From positions 245,706,001-245,770,000 of the forward strand of contig OZ024742.1 in assembly GCA_964016885.1 (NCBI GenBank): DNA of 64,000 nucleotides. The letters run 5' to 3'. This DNA comes from Eledone cirrhosa (taxonomy: Eukaryota). Both the position numbers and the translations under genes were made by a program. The notes beneath the pieces were generated by a model that was not told the DNA's origin, did not search any database, and worked only from the letters and a program-made list of their open reading frames with translations. Of the stretch, positions 25,301 to 37,679 are shown piece by piece (within the stretch, counting starts at the first letter, position 1; the number at the start of each line of letters is the position of its first letter).

Positions 25301-26011
25301 TATATCTATATCCAAAATTAAGATAAATTAAATGAATTTAATCTAAATTGAAATTGTGGGTGTCATGCCATAACGGCGTGCGCCATATCGCCTGGAAATA
25401 AGCTCAAAGATATGTCCGAGCATTTTATAATAACTAGAAATTGATTAACATATATATATACATGAATAATCACAGGAGATAATTTTTACAAGCGTGTAAC
25501 CACGCATGGCTAGTTGGGTAACAAATAAATATATACCTTTAAGTATGATTAATCTTTCCTGTATATATCCCATTAAAGAAATATATTTCACCAATTAATC
25601 AGATGGTAAGTCACGGAAAGTGGATTGTCAACAAGGAAGAATAATGTCCAGCGATCCATGCTCACACAGCGAGTTCAAATCCTCATCTGGCCGCTACCAC
25701 GTGTCGTGTCTACACATCACAGCAGCTTCGTTTCAGTGGCGTGAATAGGTATTCGACAACTAGAAATAGCAGTCAAATTCCCTTCAACAGGAATAGCTCT
25801 ACAATTAAGGAGCCGTATTTATATATCTATATCCAAAATTAAGATAAATTAAATGAATTTAATCTAAATCGAAATTGTGGGTGTCATGCCATAACGGCGT
25901 GCACCATATCGCCTGGAAATAAGCTCAAAGATATGTCCGAGCATTTTATAATAACTAGAAATTGATTAACATATATATATACATGAATAATCACAGGAGA
26001 TAATTTTTACA
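25301..26011. repeat. 190-bp direct repeats (25301-25490, 25822-26011) flanking a ~330-bp tRNA/SINE-like core
   Basis: Two mismatches seen between copies; core contains GAGTTCAAATCCTCATCTGGCCGCTACCA; (TA)n on both sides. Confidence 0.9.
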
Positions 26012-26753
26012 TATATATATATATTAAGAATGGGTAACTGAGGCTGTACAAACGTGTATATATATATCTAATATGTAGGCATATTAACATGCCAGAAAAT
26101 ACATTCTCCTGTGAATTGAAAAAAAATGATAAACACCTTTAATCGATTTTTGGACCCGATTGGGCCCTCATTAGAAAGTGTGTATATCATCCAAGCAACC
26201 ACAAGGAAACATATATTTGATGGGTTTATATGCTCATTTGCTCTTAGTATTATTCTGAAATAGACTTACTAATTTGAATATAATCAGTGCTTGTGTTGGT
26301 AATTAATAAAGATATATATAAAGCAGCTGAAGTGTATGATAAAGTTATATCTGTATAAATACAAAGTGTGTAACCAAGACTGCACCAATGTATATATAAA
26401 TATGAGTAGAAGGTAACTTATAGAATTTCTGTTGGTTGTTAGTATCTAGTACATATTATTGTAGTGATATAAGTGAAACTACTTTACATTGTGTCTATTA
26501 TCTCTGGAGTACACATTCTTTCCCACTTACTTTCTTCCATCTTGAAGGAATGTGTCCTATTTCTATTCCAGAGTTATTAGACATAATGTTAATTAGTTCC
26601 ACTGTGAGAAGGAATGTGTTATATTACTACTACTATTGAGGTATTAGACAGCGTAAAGTAATACAACTTTTATCACTACAAGTATCATAAAATAGAGCTT
26701 ACAATGAATGTTAAATAATCTAGTAATGTACTATTAATTTTCGTTTTATCCAG

Positions 26754-26852
26754 GAAGTGTCTGGGATGCCTGCTCTCTGCAGGCCAGTAGAACATGGAGG
26801 TAATGGCTTTGACTACAGATTAGCAATGGCAATACCTGATATGTGGATTAAG
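26754..26852 (+). CDS. GBE1: GBE1 exon ([33 protein letters not shown])
   Basis: tccag acceptor and AAG|gtaaga donor; 99 nt; [15 protein letters not shown] motif. Confidence 0.97.
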
Positions 26853-28231
26853 GTAAGACCATCAGTATCATCATTTAACATCTGCTTTCCTTGCTAGCAA
26901 GGGTTGAACGGGTCTTCAGAGACCAACTCAGTACTGAATTGGGGCTACTTATCTCTCAGACAGGTTGGAGGGTCTGCATTGCGCTTACGTATGGTCCCAT
27001 ATTCTATGGAGTGCATAAGAGATGTTGTCATGTTATGACACAAGCGAAGGGTCCTCCCAACCCTTTGTTTGGGAAACTTTCTATGGTAGGATGCCCTTCT
27101 TAACAGCAACCACTTTACAGCATGTACTGGGGGCTTTTATCATGTAGATCACCAGCACTAGCTAGGTTGTTGTGCTGTGTCACAACTGCAGGGTTTTCTG
27201 AACCCTTTTAAACATGGTTTCTACAGTAGGGTGCCCTTCCTGTTGCCAACCACCTTACAAGGTGTACTGGGTGCATTTTCATGCACCAACGCTAGAGAGG
27301 CTGTTGGTCTTATGTATGTATCCATAACTCCTAATGGAGTCATAGGGGCACCATCATAACATTTTAAACCTAACAGAGAGCCAGAAAGAATGCCACAAAA
27401 CATTTTATCTGGTGTTTTAATGACTCTGCCAATTGTCTGCTTTCAATATGTCATATAGCAATTATTTTATCAACATTTTCGTCTGATTTTCTTGGTGGCA
27501 TGAGTTGGACGGGTTATCATAGTCTCGATGGGTTGAAGAAACCTCATCTTGCTCATATATTCCATATTTGATATGCCATATCTAACACTAACCACCTTAT
27601 AGGGTGTAGTGGGTAGATTTTACCATGGTACCTGCACTAACACTTTACTGAGTGTACTGGCACTAGCTCAGCTAGTTATCTGATATATTTTTATATTGTT
27701 AGTCCACCTGTTGATAAGCTATCAACAGTGTGAATCTACACTTTATTTGTGGCGAAACATGCTTACAGCATGTCCAGGTGTTTTAGTTATAAACGAATGG
27801 TCAGTACATTTTCATTTATTCTTTTAATTGATATATATTCTCCATTCTCTTCGTAAACAACATGATTTTCACTCTGGTGGTATTCTATCCCCTATAATTG
27901 AACACATACCTCTTTGTATATTTTTCTCTATATACTGTCTTATAAAGAGCCCGGTATCTATTCCTTGAGCTCATTAAATTAGAGGGGATTAATGTGAATC
28001 TTTAACTCTATTTTTAAATTTGATAATATATATATATAAGTAGACAAACTAAAATATACTTATTCAATGAATTGTTGTTTTCTCTGATACTTAATACACA
28101 CACACACACACATATATATATAAGAGAGAGAGAGAGAGTCAGTCAGCAATGCTGAGATTGAGAAGACTACAAATCATGGGGGTGAGATGATGCACAGTGG
28201 ATATAGAGAGAGAGATGAACCCGACTGCAAG

Positions 28232-28316
28232 TCCAAGCAGTTTCGGCTTGAGTGTTCAGCAAGCCTTTTCAAGCCTTGAAAAGGCTTGTTGAACACACAA
28301 GTTGAAACTGCTTGGA
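28232..28316. repeat. Fold-back hairpin (~42-bp arms) containing a hammerhead-like motif
   Basis: TCCAAGCAGTTTC...CTTTTCAAG-C-CTTGAAAAG...GAAACTGCTTGGA. Confidence 0.9.
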
Positions 28317-28390
28317 GTCACAGCCAACAACTCTCTCTTTCTCTCTCTCTTTCTCGAGATATTTAGCTATATTTATTTCTTCTTCTTCAG

Positions 28391-28673
28391 CTTTTAAAAA
28401 CTCAAACGGATGAAAACTGGAGTATGGGCAGCATCGTTCACAATCTGATAAACAGGCGCTATGGAGAGAAAACTATAGCATATACTGAGAGCCACGATCA
28501 AGCTCTGGTTGGAGACAAAACCATTGCTTTCTGGTTGATGGATAAAGATATGTACACATCCATGTCTGTTCTATCCCCACCTAATTTAACCATTGATAGA
28601 GGCATTGCATTACATAAGATGATCAGACTCCTTACAATTGGTCTTGGTGGGGAAGGTTATCTTAATTTCATGG
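28391..28673 (+). CDS. GBE1: GBE1 exon ([13 protein letters not shown]...[14 protein letters not shown]...[10 protein letters not shown])
   Basis: ttcag acceptor and G|gtaagt donor; 283 nt; GH13 region IV (ESHD). Confidence 0.97.
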
Positions 28674-29296
28674 GTAAGTTTACTTCAACTTCATATTTGA
28701 ATTTGTTTTGGTAGATTTTTGATGTGAGTGAGGGTGACTTGCCTTGTGGTTAAGGTGTTGGACTCATGATTATAAGGCCATGTGTTTTGCTCTGGGACCA
28801 GGCAGTACATTGTGTTCTTGAGTCAGACACTTCATTTAGTGTTGCTTTTCATTGATAGGATTAAAGCCCCTATCATTTTAATGATAGGGGCATAGGTGGG
28901 ATCTGTAAAATTCCTATTTTATTCCTGTTCTTGATGTGTATTTATGTATTGAAATTGATGATGTATTTTGCCAATCAAAACACACAGATGGGTAATGTTT
29001 CATTTCAGTTTTATTAATTAATCAATCAATTAATTCATTGATCAGTTGATTGTGGATGCAGCATGGCTGTATGGTTAAGCGGCTTGCCTTATAATCATTG
29101 GGTCCTGGGTTCTATCCCACTGTGGTATCTTGGGCAAGTACCATTTACTATACCTTCAGGTCAACCAATGCCTTGTGTGTGAAATTGGGGAGATTGAAAA
29201 TGTTTGAAAGCCTGTCAGATTGACTGTACTTGTGTTTGAAAGGGCCAGCCTTGTCATTCACTGTGTCATGTGGGATCTCTGTTAGGATTACATTAT

Positions 29297-29650
29297 TGCT
29301 GAGTTCAAATCCTGTTGAGGTTAACTTTGCCTTTCATCCTTATGGGGTCGATAAAATAAAGCACCAGTAACGTACTGGGGTCGAATTAATCGATTTTCTC
29401 CTCCCTCCCCAAATTACTGGCCTTGTGCCTATACTAGAAATCATTATTTATTTATTTAATTTAGGGCGGTGGATTGGCAGTATCGGTAGAGGGTCGGACG
29501 CCATGCTTTCCAGCATAGTTACGTCCCTTTACGATCTGAGTTCAAATTCCGCCGAGGTTGGCTTTGCCTTTCATCCTTACGGGGTCAATAAAATAAAGTA
29601 CCAGTAATGAACTGGGTAATTGCTGGCCTTGTGCCTAAAATAGAAACAAT
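29297..29650 (+). mobile_element. Tandem pair of tRNA-derived SINEs (same family at ~1050-1175 minus, and 18525-18587 joined to 20437-20570)
   Basis: B-box GAGTTCAAAT(T/C)C and shared GCCTTTCATCCTTA(T/C)GGGGTC(G/A)ATAAAATAAAG(C/T)ACCAG body. Confidence 0.75.
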
Positions 29651-30439
29651 TATTTATTTATTTAATCAATTTAAATGTTCATATAGAGCTAGTAGGCTAG
29701 GACAGACTAGGGGAAGCAATCAAGTACTTCTTACAGTTGAGAAACAAAAAAACAAGATAGAGATAACTGAATATAAAAATAAATTTGAAAACTAAATAAA
29801 ATAAAATAAAAAATTTAAATAGTTGAAGGCCAAAGGGAGGTAAAATAAGCATAAAAAAAGACAGAAAAAACGAGAAACAAGGGAAGCTGTAAAGCAGCTA
29901 GGAGGTTCTGTTCATCATCATCATTGTTTTAATGTTTGCTTTCTCTGCTAGCAAAGGTTGGACAGACCTACATAGACCAAGTCAGTTCTGAAGCAGTGGT
30001 TACTGATCTCCCACACAAACCAGGGATCTATCCACTTGCTTATGGACGGTCTCATGTTTTACCGAGTGCACTGTAGAGGTTGTCATGTCTTTGACACGAC
30101 TAAAGGGTACTGCTGACCCTTTGTTTGGCAAGCTTTCTATGACTGGATGCCCTTCCTATCACCAACCACTTTACAGCATATACTGGTTGTGTTTATCGTG
30201 TAGATCACCAAACACTAGGGAAGCTGTCATGCCTTGACGTGACTGAACGGTTTTCCCAACCCTTTGTTTGGTAAGCTCTCCACAGCAATATGCCATTCCC
30301 ATCACCAACCACTTCACAAGGAAGCAGCAGCTAGGAGCATGTGTAGTAAGGGGCATGGGTGTGTGCAGTGTGGGGGTGAGGTGGTGTTGAGGATAGCTAT
30401 TAGTGAGCAGTAGTGGAAGGGGTAGGGGGAGGCCACATT

Positions 30440-31345
30440 CTATGTTGCAGGTTGGATCTTCTTCAGCACCACATAGTGCGATCTTTAGTCATTTCTGTTG
30501 TGAGGTTTAGTTTTTTTAAGGTCAGCCTGCACAATCACATCCAATGTCTTCCTGGTTCTACCTCTTCCATGGGTTCCAGCAACTGGGGTTTCTCTGCATT
30601 TCTTTATGCATCTGTTATCTTCCATGCACATCACATATCAATGCAGTCTTCTCTCTTGCACACTACACCCAATACCTCTTAAGCCAAATTTTTTTCTCAG
30701 TTTGCTTATGTTATGTCACTCAGTATATTCGACTTATTTCTATCCAGTCTTCAAAGGTCTTCTACATGTAACTGGCATGTAAGATTGCAGTTCGCACACA
30801 GGCATCATACAGTTTACCTTTCCCTCTGAGAGGAAACCATTTTGTTGTGAGCTGCGGTAATAGATCTCTAAAATTCTTCCAGCCTATTCTTATCCTAGCT
30901 ATCACACTTTCAGTACATCCTCCTCCACTGCTAATTTGATTGCCTATATAACAAAAGCTGTCAACTACTTCTAAGCGATCTCCCTGACAACTAAAGGAAT
31001 CTATTTCATGTGTGCTTTTTGTGCTTACTTCCCCTGTGCATCTGCTGCAGCTAAAGTCTAACCCCACTACATCCCTTGTGCATCCATAGTTTACATTGTG
31101 TGCAACTTATGGAATTTCTGCCAACCCCTTTCTGTCATATCAAACAAGGCCACTTTCCTGATGGTATAGCCTTCCTGTCTTCTTTCCTACTTATTTGGAC
31201 CTTTGTCTTTGCGAAATTTACTTTTAAGCCTTTCAACTCTAGGTTCTTCTTCCATGTTTGAAATTTTGCCTCTAACTCTCCTATGAATACAGCTACAAGG
31301 ACTAGATTGTCAGCGTGTAGGAGCTCCCATGGAGTGTCAGTTTTG
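30440..31345 (-). mobile_element. Decayed RTE fragment (RT C-terminus to 3' end)
   Basis: PWELLHADN, PSGKWPC, VDSFCYIG, GKLYDACVR. Confidence 0.88.
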
Positions 31346-31593
31346 TTGCTGAATCTTTACATAATCTCCATATATTCAAAGATTTTGTTTATAGTTGGTA
31401 GTCTTTTATAATATACACAAAATATAGATCTTTTACAATACATTAAGAGTACATATTGTATGTCGAATGCTTTGCCATTTTCATGTTAATTTCACAAGCA
31501 GGCTGTTCCATTATTCAAACAATTGGATCACTCATCATTGAAACTAATAGGGGCCTTCTTATATTTCTCATTTTTTTTCATTTCTTTTTGTAG

Positions 31594-31778
31594 GCAATGA
31601 ATTTGGTCACCCAGAATGGTTAGACTTCCCTCGTGCTGGAAACAATGAAAGTTACCATTATGCTAGGCGTCAGTGGAATCTGGTTGATAATAATATGTTG
31701 AAATATCAATATTTGAACAATTTTGATGCTGCAATGTTAAAGCTTGAAGAAAAGTTCAGCTGGCTTAATAATGATTAT
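31594..31778 (+). CDS. GBE1: GBE1 exon ([29 protein letters not shown]...WLNNDY)
   Basis: ttgtag acceptor and TAT|gtaagt donor; 185 nt; [14 protein letters not shown] motif. Confidence 0.97.
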
Positions 31779-31940
31779 GTAAGTGCCAAATTTATAGACC
31801 ATTTCAGTGCTCTTGCTGTTCATTGTAATATAATTTTTTCTCACAAAATTATCACCATTATCATCATTTTATGCCTGTTTTCTATGCAAATATGGGTTTG
31901 TAAAGATTGTCATGAACTTGTATTTCTCTTTCCTTTGTAG

Positions 31941-32074
31941 AACTATATCAGTTTGAAACATGACATCGACAAATTAATTGTGTTTGAGAGGTGTGAAAAA
32001 CTGGTGTTTGTTTTCAACTTTCATTCTTCCACTAGTTACACTGATTATAAAATTGGTGTGAATGTTCCTGGAAA
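31941..32074 (+). CDS. GBE1: GBE1 exon ([17 protein letters not shown]...FVFNFH...[10 protein letters not shown])
   Basis: ttgtag acceptor; donor is the U12-type GTATCCTTTT; amylase C-terminal domain. Confidence 0.95.
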
Positions 32075-32572
32075 GTATCCTTTTCTGTTCACTTTGTACA
32101 TTGTAATGGATTTATTTTCATTTGCCTTCTAAAGTCTGTCTTGGGCCTGAAGGCTCATCAGGCCAGTGTTTATTCCAGTTTCGTTGTCTTTAAGAAATTG
32201 AGAGTACATGACTTTTCCCCCTGGACAGGACACTGGTCTATTGCTGGTACTCATTTTCAGCTGAGTATACTGGAGCAGTGTGAAATGAAGTGTTTAGCTC
32301 AAAAACACAACACACAACCCAGTCCAGGTATTGAACCCACAACGATATGATCGTGAGTCCAACACTCTTACTACACTTTTGCCTTGCACTTTCTATATTT
32401 AATATTCAACAAACTGGAGACATGGTCTAAATGCGTGCAACTGAATAAATTTTGTTGAAAGCACCCTAGGGCTAGATGGTGGTGGTGGTAACCCAGGCGA
32501 AGAAAATGTTGGCCTAGGGGATGTAACAAAATGTTTTTTTTCTTTTATTTTTCTTCACTTAACTCTCATCAG
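32075..32572 (+). other. U12-type (minor spliceosome) GT-AG intron
   Basis: 5' splice site GTATCCTTTT; branch-site-like TTCACTTAAC (32554-32563) ending 9 nt before the exon; flanking exons join in frame (GGA AA|A TTT). Confidence 0.88.
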
Positions 32573-32690
32573 ATTTAAAATTGCTCTAGACACAGATGTT
32601 GAGGAATTTGGAGGCCACAAAAGGTTAGATCATAATACTGTGTTCAATACTTTTGATGGATGCCAACATGGCCGAAAACACCATTTATTT
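32573..32690 (+). CDS. GBE1: GBE1 exon (FKIALDTDVEEFGGHKRLDHNT...GRKHHLF)
   Basis: catcag acceptor and TTT|gtaagt donor; 118 nt; LDxDxxEFGGHxRLD motif. Confidence 0.95.
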
Positions 32691-33737
32691 GTAAGTTATC
32701 AATATTTTTTTCTTTGTTCTTTCTTTGATGTCTTTCATCATCATCATCAACATCATCATTGTCATTGTCATCATCATCATTATTTTACATCTGTTTTTTC
32801 ATGCTGACCTGAGTTGGACAAGTAATTCCAGACCAGGTCAGTACTTTATCAGAGCTGCTATCCTCATAAATGGATCATGGGATTACATCTCAATAAATAA
32901 ATCTCATTTGGAATGTTCTTCATAAAACCTGCGGTTCAGTAGTTACCAATGATGTTGATCTTTTCTTCTTTTCAGGTTATAGCTACTGTCGCTCAGAGAG
33001 TGGGATTGGCTCAGTGCACAGTCTTTCCTTACTTTAAAAATATTCTTCATGCACAGGCGTTACACGATTGCATTAATTAATAATTATTAGTAGTGTTATT
33101 ATTGTTATGACCATGCTATAAAATGAAGGGGTAGTGGCATGAATAAAAGCACCCAGTCCATGCTGTAAAGCGGTGCTGGTGTTAGGAAGGGCATCCAACC
33201 AGTATATATATACTACTGCCAAAAACTAAGCACAAATTTCTAACACCAATCACTTTAAAGAGTGTACAGGATACCTTTTAATGTGGCAGTAACACTTGTG
33301 GTTGTTATGGTTTTGACACCACCAAAACGGACGTTAAAATGTGGATTATGATGATGGGGATGATGATGAAGACACTTCCACCCTTTTTTTTATTCCACTT
33401 AAAAGATTCATCTCACTTATCATTATCATCATCGTTTAACGTCCATCTTCCACGCTAGCATAGGTTAGACGGTTTTGTTCCACTTGATGCGGGATTGATC
33501 GGGAGACCGTGTCTCACTCATACATAACTGTCTCTGGGAGGTTTTCTATGGCTGGATACCCTTCCTAACACCAACTACATTTACAGTGTGGACTGGGAGC
33601 TTTTTTACCGTGAGAAACATCCTAACAGGGAGAGAAAAGAAAGAAACATACCATCAATAGAAAATGAGGATAGAAAATGTCATAAAAATGGAAGGATCAT
33701 CATAATCATCATTTTGACGTGCATTTTTCAATGCTTG

Positions 33738-34194
33738 TTTAGTGTGTTGCTAGACCCAGGGTTATTTACTCGAGTAAATGTCACCGGAATCTAACTACTA
33801 AATTTTATAAAGAAAAGGATAAGATATTTTTACATAACACCATGTCGAATGAGAGTTAATTCCCATTACAAAGGTAATGATAAAATGTAGGCAGTTTCTC
33901 GGAACGAGTATCAAATATGTCTTCATTTTTATTGTAGCTCCATGTTACAATTGTGGTTAGTAAAATTTCTTCTACATATTGGTATAATCTAGATCCATGA
34001 TCGGTGGTTAGAGAGAAGTTAACATGCTTGTCTTCAGTGTTGTCAATTCGAAGGAAGGCGCCAAAAGAGAGAGAGAGAGAGAGCTTGATTTGCGTTCCCT
34101 CTATTTATATCCTTTTACCGGAAGTTACAAAGAAGGTTCTAGAATTTCGACGGGAAGTAACTCTAGCTACTTCCCTTGTCTAGAGAGTTCTACA
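33738..34194 (-). repeat. 3' LTR (457 bp)
   Basis: Matches 38703-39153. Confidence 0.95.
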
Positions 34195-34539
34195 AGACTC
34201 CCCTCTCAGATGAGAAGTCGAATAACCAAACGAAGATCATTGTAGCGAGAACATGTAAGAAATGAGGAGCAAAACAAAAGGTACAAGAACATGAATGAAT
34301 AAAACATGAGCAAGCCAATAGCAAAAATGAGCATAAAACAAGTAATGCAATTTTACAAAGAATGTTTGAATGTAACGATTGATAAATCATAGTCATACAA
34401 AGGAGCAGAGAATATTGATGCGCAATGGTAAAATCAATGTTTTTCAAAGTCAAATAGTTCATACATCACTAGTGTACAAACTTTTCTGACACTAGTTCTA
34501 TCTGAAACTGAAAAGAAGAGGTATGTTAATGCCACTAGA

Positions 34540-37500
34540 GGTTAAATGTATATTGTTTTTGATAGCTTTTTTGGCCATTTTACCGTCCTGCCGCCTCGTG
34601 TGACATAAGGTTGTGTGGTATGTGGAGTTTGCAGTGAAGTGTGGATGTAGGAGTGTATGAGGTGTATCAGGCAGTGTGATGAGACTTTCGGAGAAAGCCT
34701 TTTTTGCTCTGTCAATGGATATTGTCTCTTTTCGACCATTGACCGCCACTCTGAAATGTTTGGGTGTGTGCGAAAGCACACGAAAAGGTCCATTATAAGG
34801 TGACGTAAGAGGTCCTCTGACGGAATCATTCCGTATGAAAATGTGTGTCCACGGAGAGATGTCCGATGGGACAGCAGAAGAAATAGATTGGTCACGAGGG
34901 TTCATCGGTGGAAGATCCGAGAAATGCGAACGAATCCTGGTGACATATGATGCTGGGTCAAGATGTGATGAATCCACTGGTGCTAACTTTGTCCAGGAAG
35001 AGACAATGTGGTACCATAAAGAAGTTCAGCAGACGAAAAATCTAAATCTGTCTTAATGGCAGAACAACAACCAAGAAGTACGATTGGCAAAAATTCGGTC
35101 CAACGTTGCGGATCAGGAGTAGCGCAAAGTGCAGCTTTCAACTGTCTATGAAACCTCTCGACCATTCCATTGGAGGCTGGGTGGTAGCTGGTCATATGAA
35201 TGTGATGAGCACCCAAGAGTCGTGATATTTCACGAAATAAGGAAGCCTCAAATTGGCGTCCACGATCCGTAGTTATTTTAGTAGGAACACCGAAACGAGC
35301 AATCCAATTGGAAATGAAAGCTCGGGCAACGGACTCTGCTGTTATGTCCACTAGGGGTATGGCTTCAGGCCACCGAGAGAAACGATCGATACAAGTCAAT
35401 ATGTATGTGAACCCACGACTAACGGGCCATGGACCAACAATATCCATGTGTATAAGATGGAAACGTGCGTCTGGCGGGCTGAATTTCCCAAGAGGAGCGC
35501 GGACATGCCGATGAATCTTGGAGCGCTGACACTTCAAGCAAGAACGTGCCCAACTGCTGATTAAACAATGCATATTAGGCCAGAAGAATCGAGCCATAAT
35601 AAGCTTCACCGTGGCAGCTATGCCAGGATGTGACAAGGAATGAAGTGCATCAAAAACGGTACGCTGATGACAATCCGGAACAAACGGTCTGGATGATTCG
35701 GTAGAAATATCGCAAAGAATTTTTCCTTCAGCAGATGGAAGAGGTAAATAATCAAACTTACAGCAGGAAAGTTTGGATTCGAACATTTCTTCTACCCAAG
35801 TAGGTTGGTCAGTTGCAATGGCAACTAAATTGATATGTGCAGGAGACGCAAGAGAACACACAGAAAGTCGAGATAGTGCGTCCGCAGGTATGTTGGCATT
35901 TCCAGCTATGTGACGAATGTCACTGATATACTGTGAGATGAGATCCAGATGCCTATACACTCTCGGAGAGTACTTGTCGGATGTGGTGTGAAGAGCGAAT
36001 GTGAGAGGTTTATGGTCTGTGAATACCGTGAATTCCCGACCTTCAAGAAAATGGTGAAAATGTCTCACAGCAAGATAAATCGCTAGAAGCTCCCTGTCAA
36101 AGGTACTGTATCGTTGTTCTACTGGTTTTAATTGGCGTGAGAAAAACGCCAGTGGTTGAATCTGGTGATCGATTACATGTTGCAAAACTGCGCCAACAGC
36201 ATGATCAGATGCATCAACAGATAAGGAAAGTCTCGCATTTGCAACAGGATGGGCAAGGAAGGAAACTTTAGCTAGCTCAGACTGCAATGCATTCAAAAGA
36301 CTGCAATGCATCGGCAGAAAGTAAAATTTTAGCATCTTTCTTTTTTGCAGCCCTTAAAAACTGTGTCAAGAGGAACAACTTGTCTGCACAGTTAGGAATA
36401 AAGCGACGATAAAAGTTAATTAATCCCAAGAAATGGCGTAATTGTCTCGAGGATGTTGGTGGTGCTAATTGCTGAATCGCTTCTACTTTAGATGGCAAAG
36501 GACAAATGCCTTTTGAATCTATAAGGTGTCCAAGGAATTCCAGTGAATCTGTACCAAACACACATTTAGCTGGGTTGATTCTGACTTGGTACGATTGGAG
36601 ACGTTGAAATAACTGGGATAGATGTTGATGATGGTGTTCATCCGAATCACTGGCGATTAGGAGATCATCAACGTAAGCAAACACGAAATCCAATCCACGC
36701 GTAACTTCATCGATAAAACGCTGGAACGTACTAGAAGCATTCCGCAAACCAAAAGGCATGGATAGAAATTCAAACGAACCAAAAGGGGTGGTCACAGCTG
36801 TTTTTGGTATGTCTTCCGGGTGCATGGGTATTTGATGGTAAACACGTACCAGATCTATTTTAGAAAATATCTTGCATCCATGCAGAGCGGATGAAAAATC
36901 CTGTAAATTTGGTAGAGGATAACAATCAGGTGTTGTGATAACGTTAAGTCGTCTATAATCACCCACAGGTCTAAAATCCGCCTCATCCTTATGAGCCAAA
37001 TGAAGCGGGGATGCCCATGGGCTGGTGGACGGTCGTATAAGACCAAGCTGAAGCATGTGATCGAACTCATCCCTGGCTTTTTTTAGCCTGTCTGGAGCCA
37101 GCCTACGTGGCTGAGAAAAAACAGGCGGAGCAGTTGTTGTAATAAAATGTTGAGTCGAGTGGATTACTTGGTTCAGTTTAAATGAAATGTCAGTTAACTC
37201 GGGGAAACGAGGCAAGAAGAGAATGAAACTGGTTTCCAGAGGCAGCTATGAAACACACGGGACTTATGGCAGTAACAGTAAAACCACGAGCAGGCATAGA
37301 TAAGTATGTAGTGCCATCCACAACTTTCTGTCTTCTGACATCTACTAATAGTGAATAGTGGTGTAAGAAATCCACACCGAGAATAGGATGGGGTAGGTCC
37401 GCTACGACGAAAATCCATTTGAAATCTCGACACAAAGCTAGGTCCAATGATAGAGATATTTGTCCATAAGTTTTTATAGGAGACTGGTTTACTGCATACA

Positions 37501-37640
37501 AGGAAATACCGGAAAAATTTGGCTTGGTACAGCTGAAACGAAGAGGCCAAATACTGCAACTAGATCCCGTGTCGACCATAAACGATTTGTTTGAAACTCG
37601 ATCTTTGATGAAAAAGGCACGATAAGGAGAATTAATGGGG
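34540..37640 (-). pseudogene. pol: Gypsy pol (protease MVDTGS, RT YVDD, RNase H DAS, integrase HHCC/DDE, GPF/Y), frameshifted
   Basis: ORF pieces 37190-37711, 36277-37215, 34983-36335 and 34498-34977. Confidence 0.93.
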
Positions 37641-37679
37641 GAGAGGTCTGCCGTGCCCAGACTCTCCAATTTTAGTATT

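Noticed and set aside
25600-25700. Functional tRNA gene (B-box plus ACCA)
   Set aside because: No complete cloverleaf found; this and the other A/B-box hits are SINE heads
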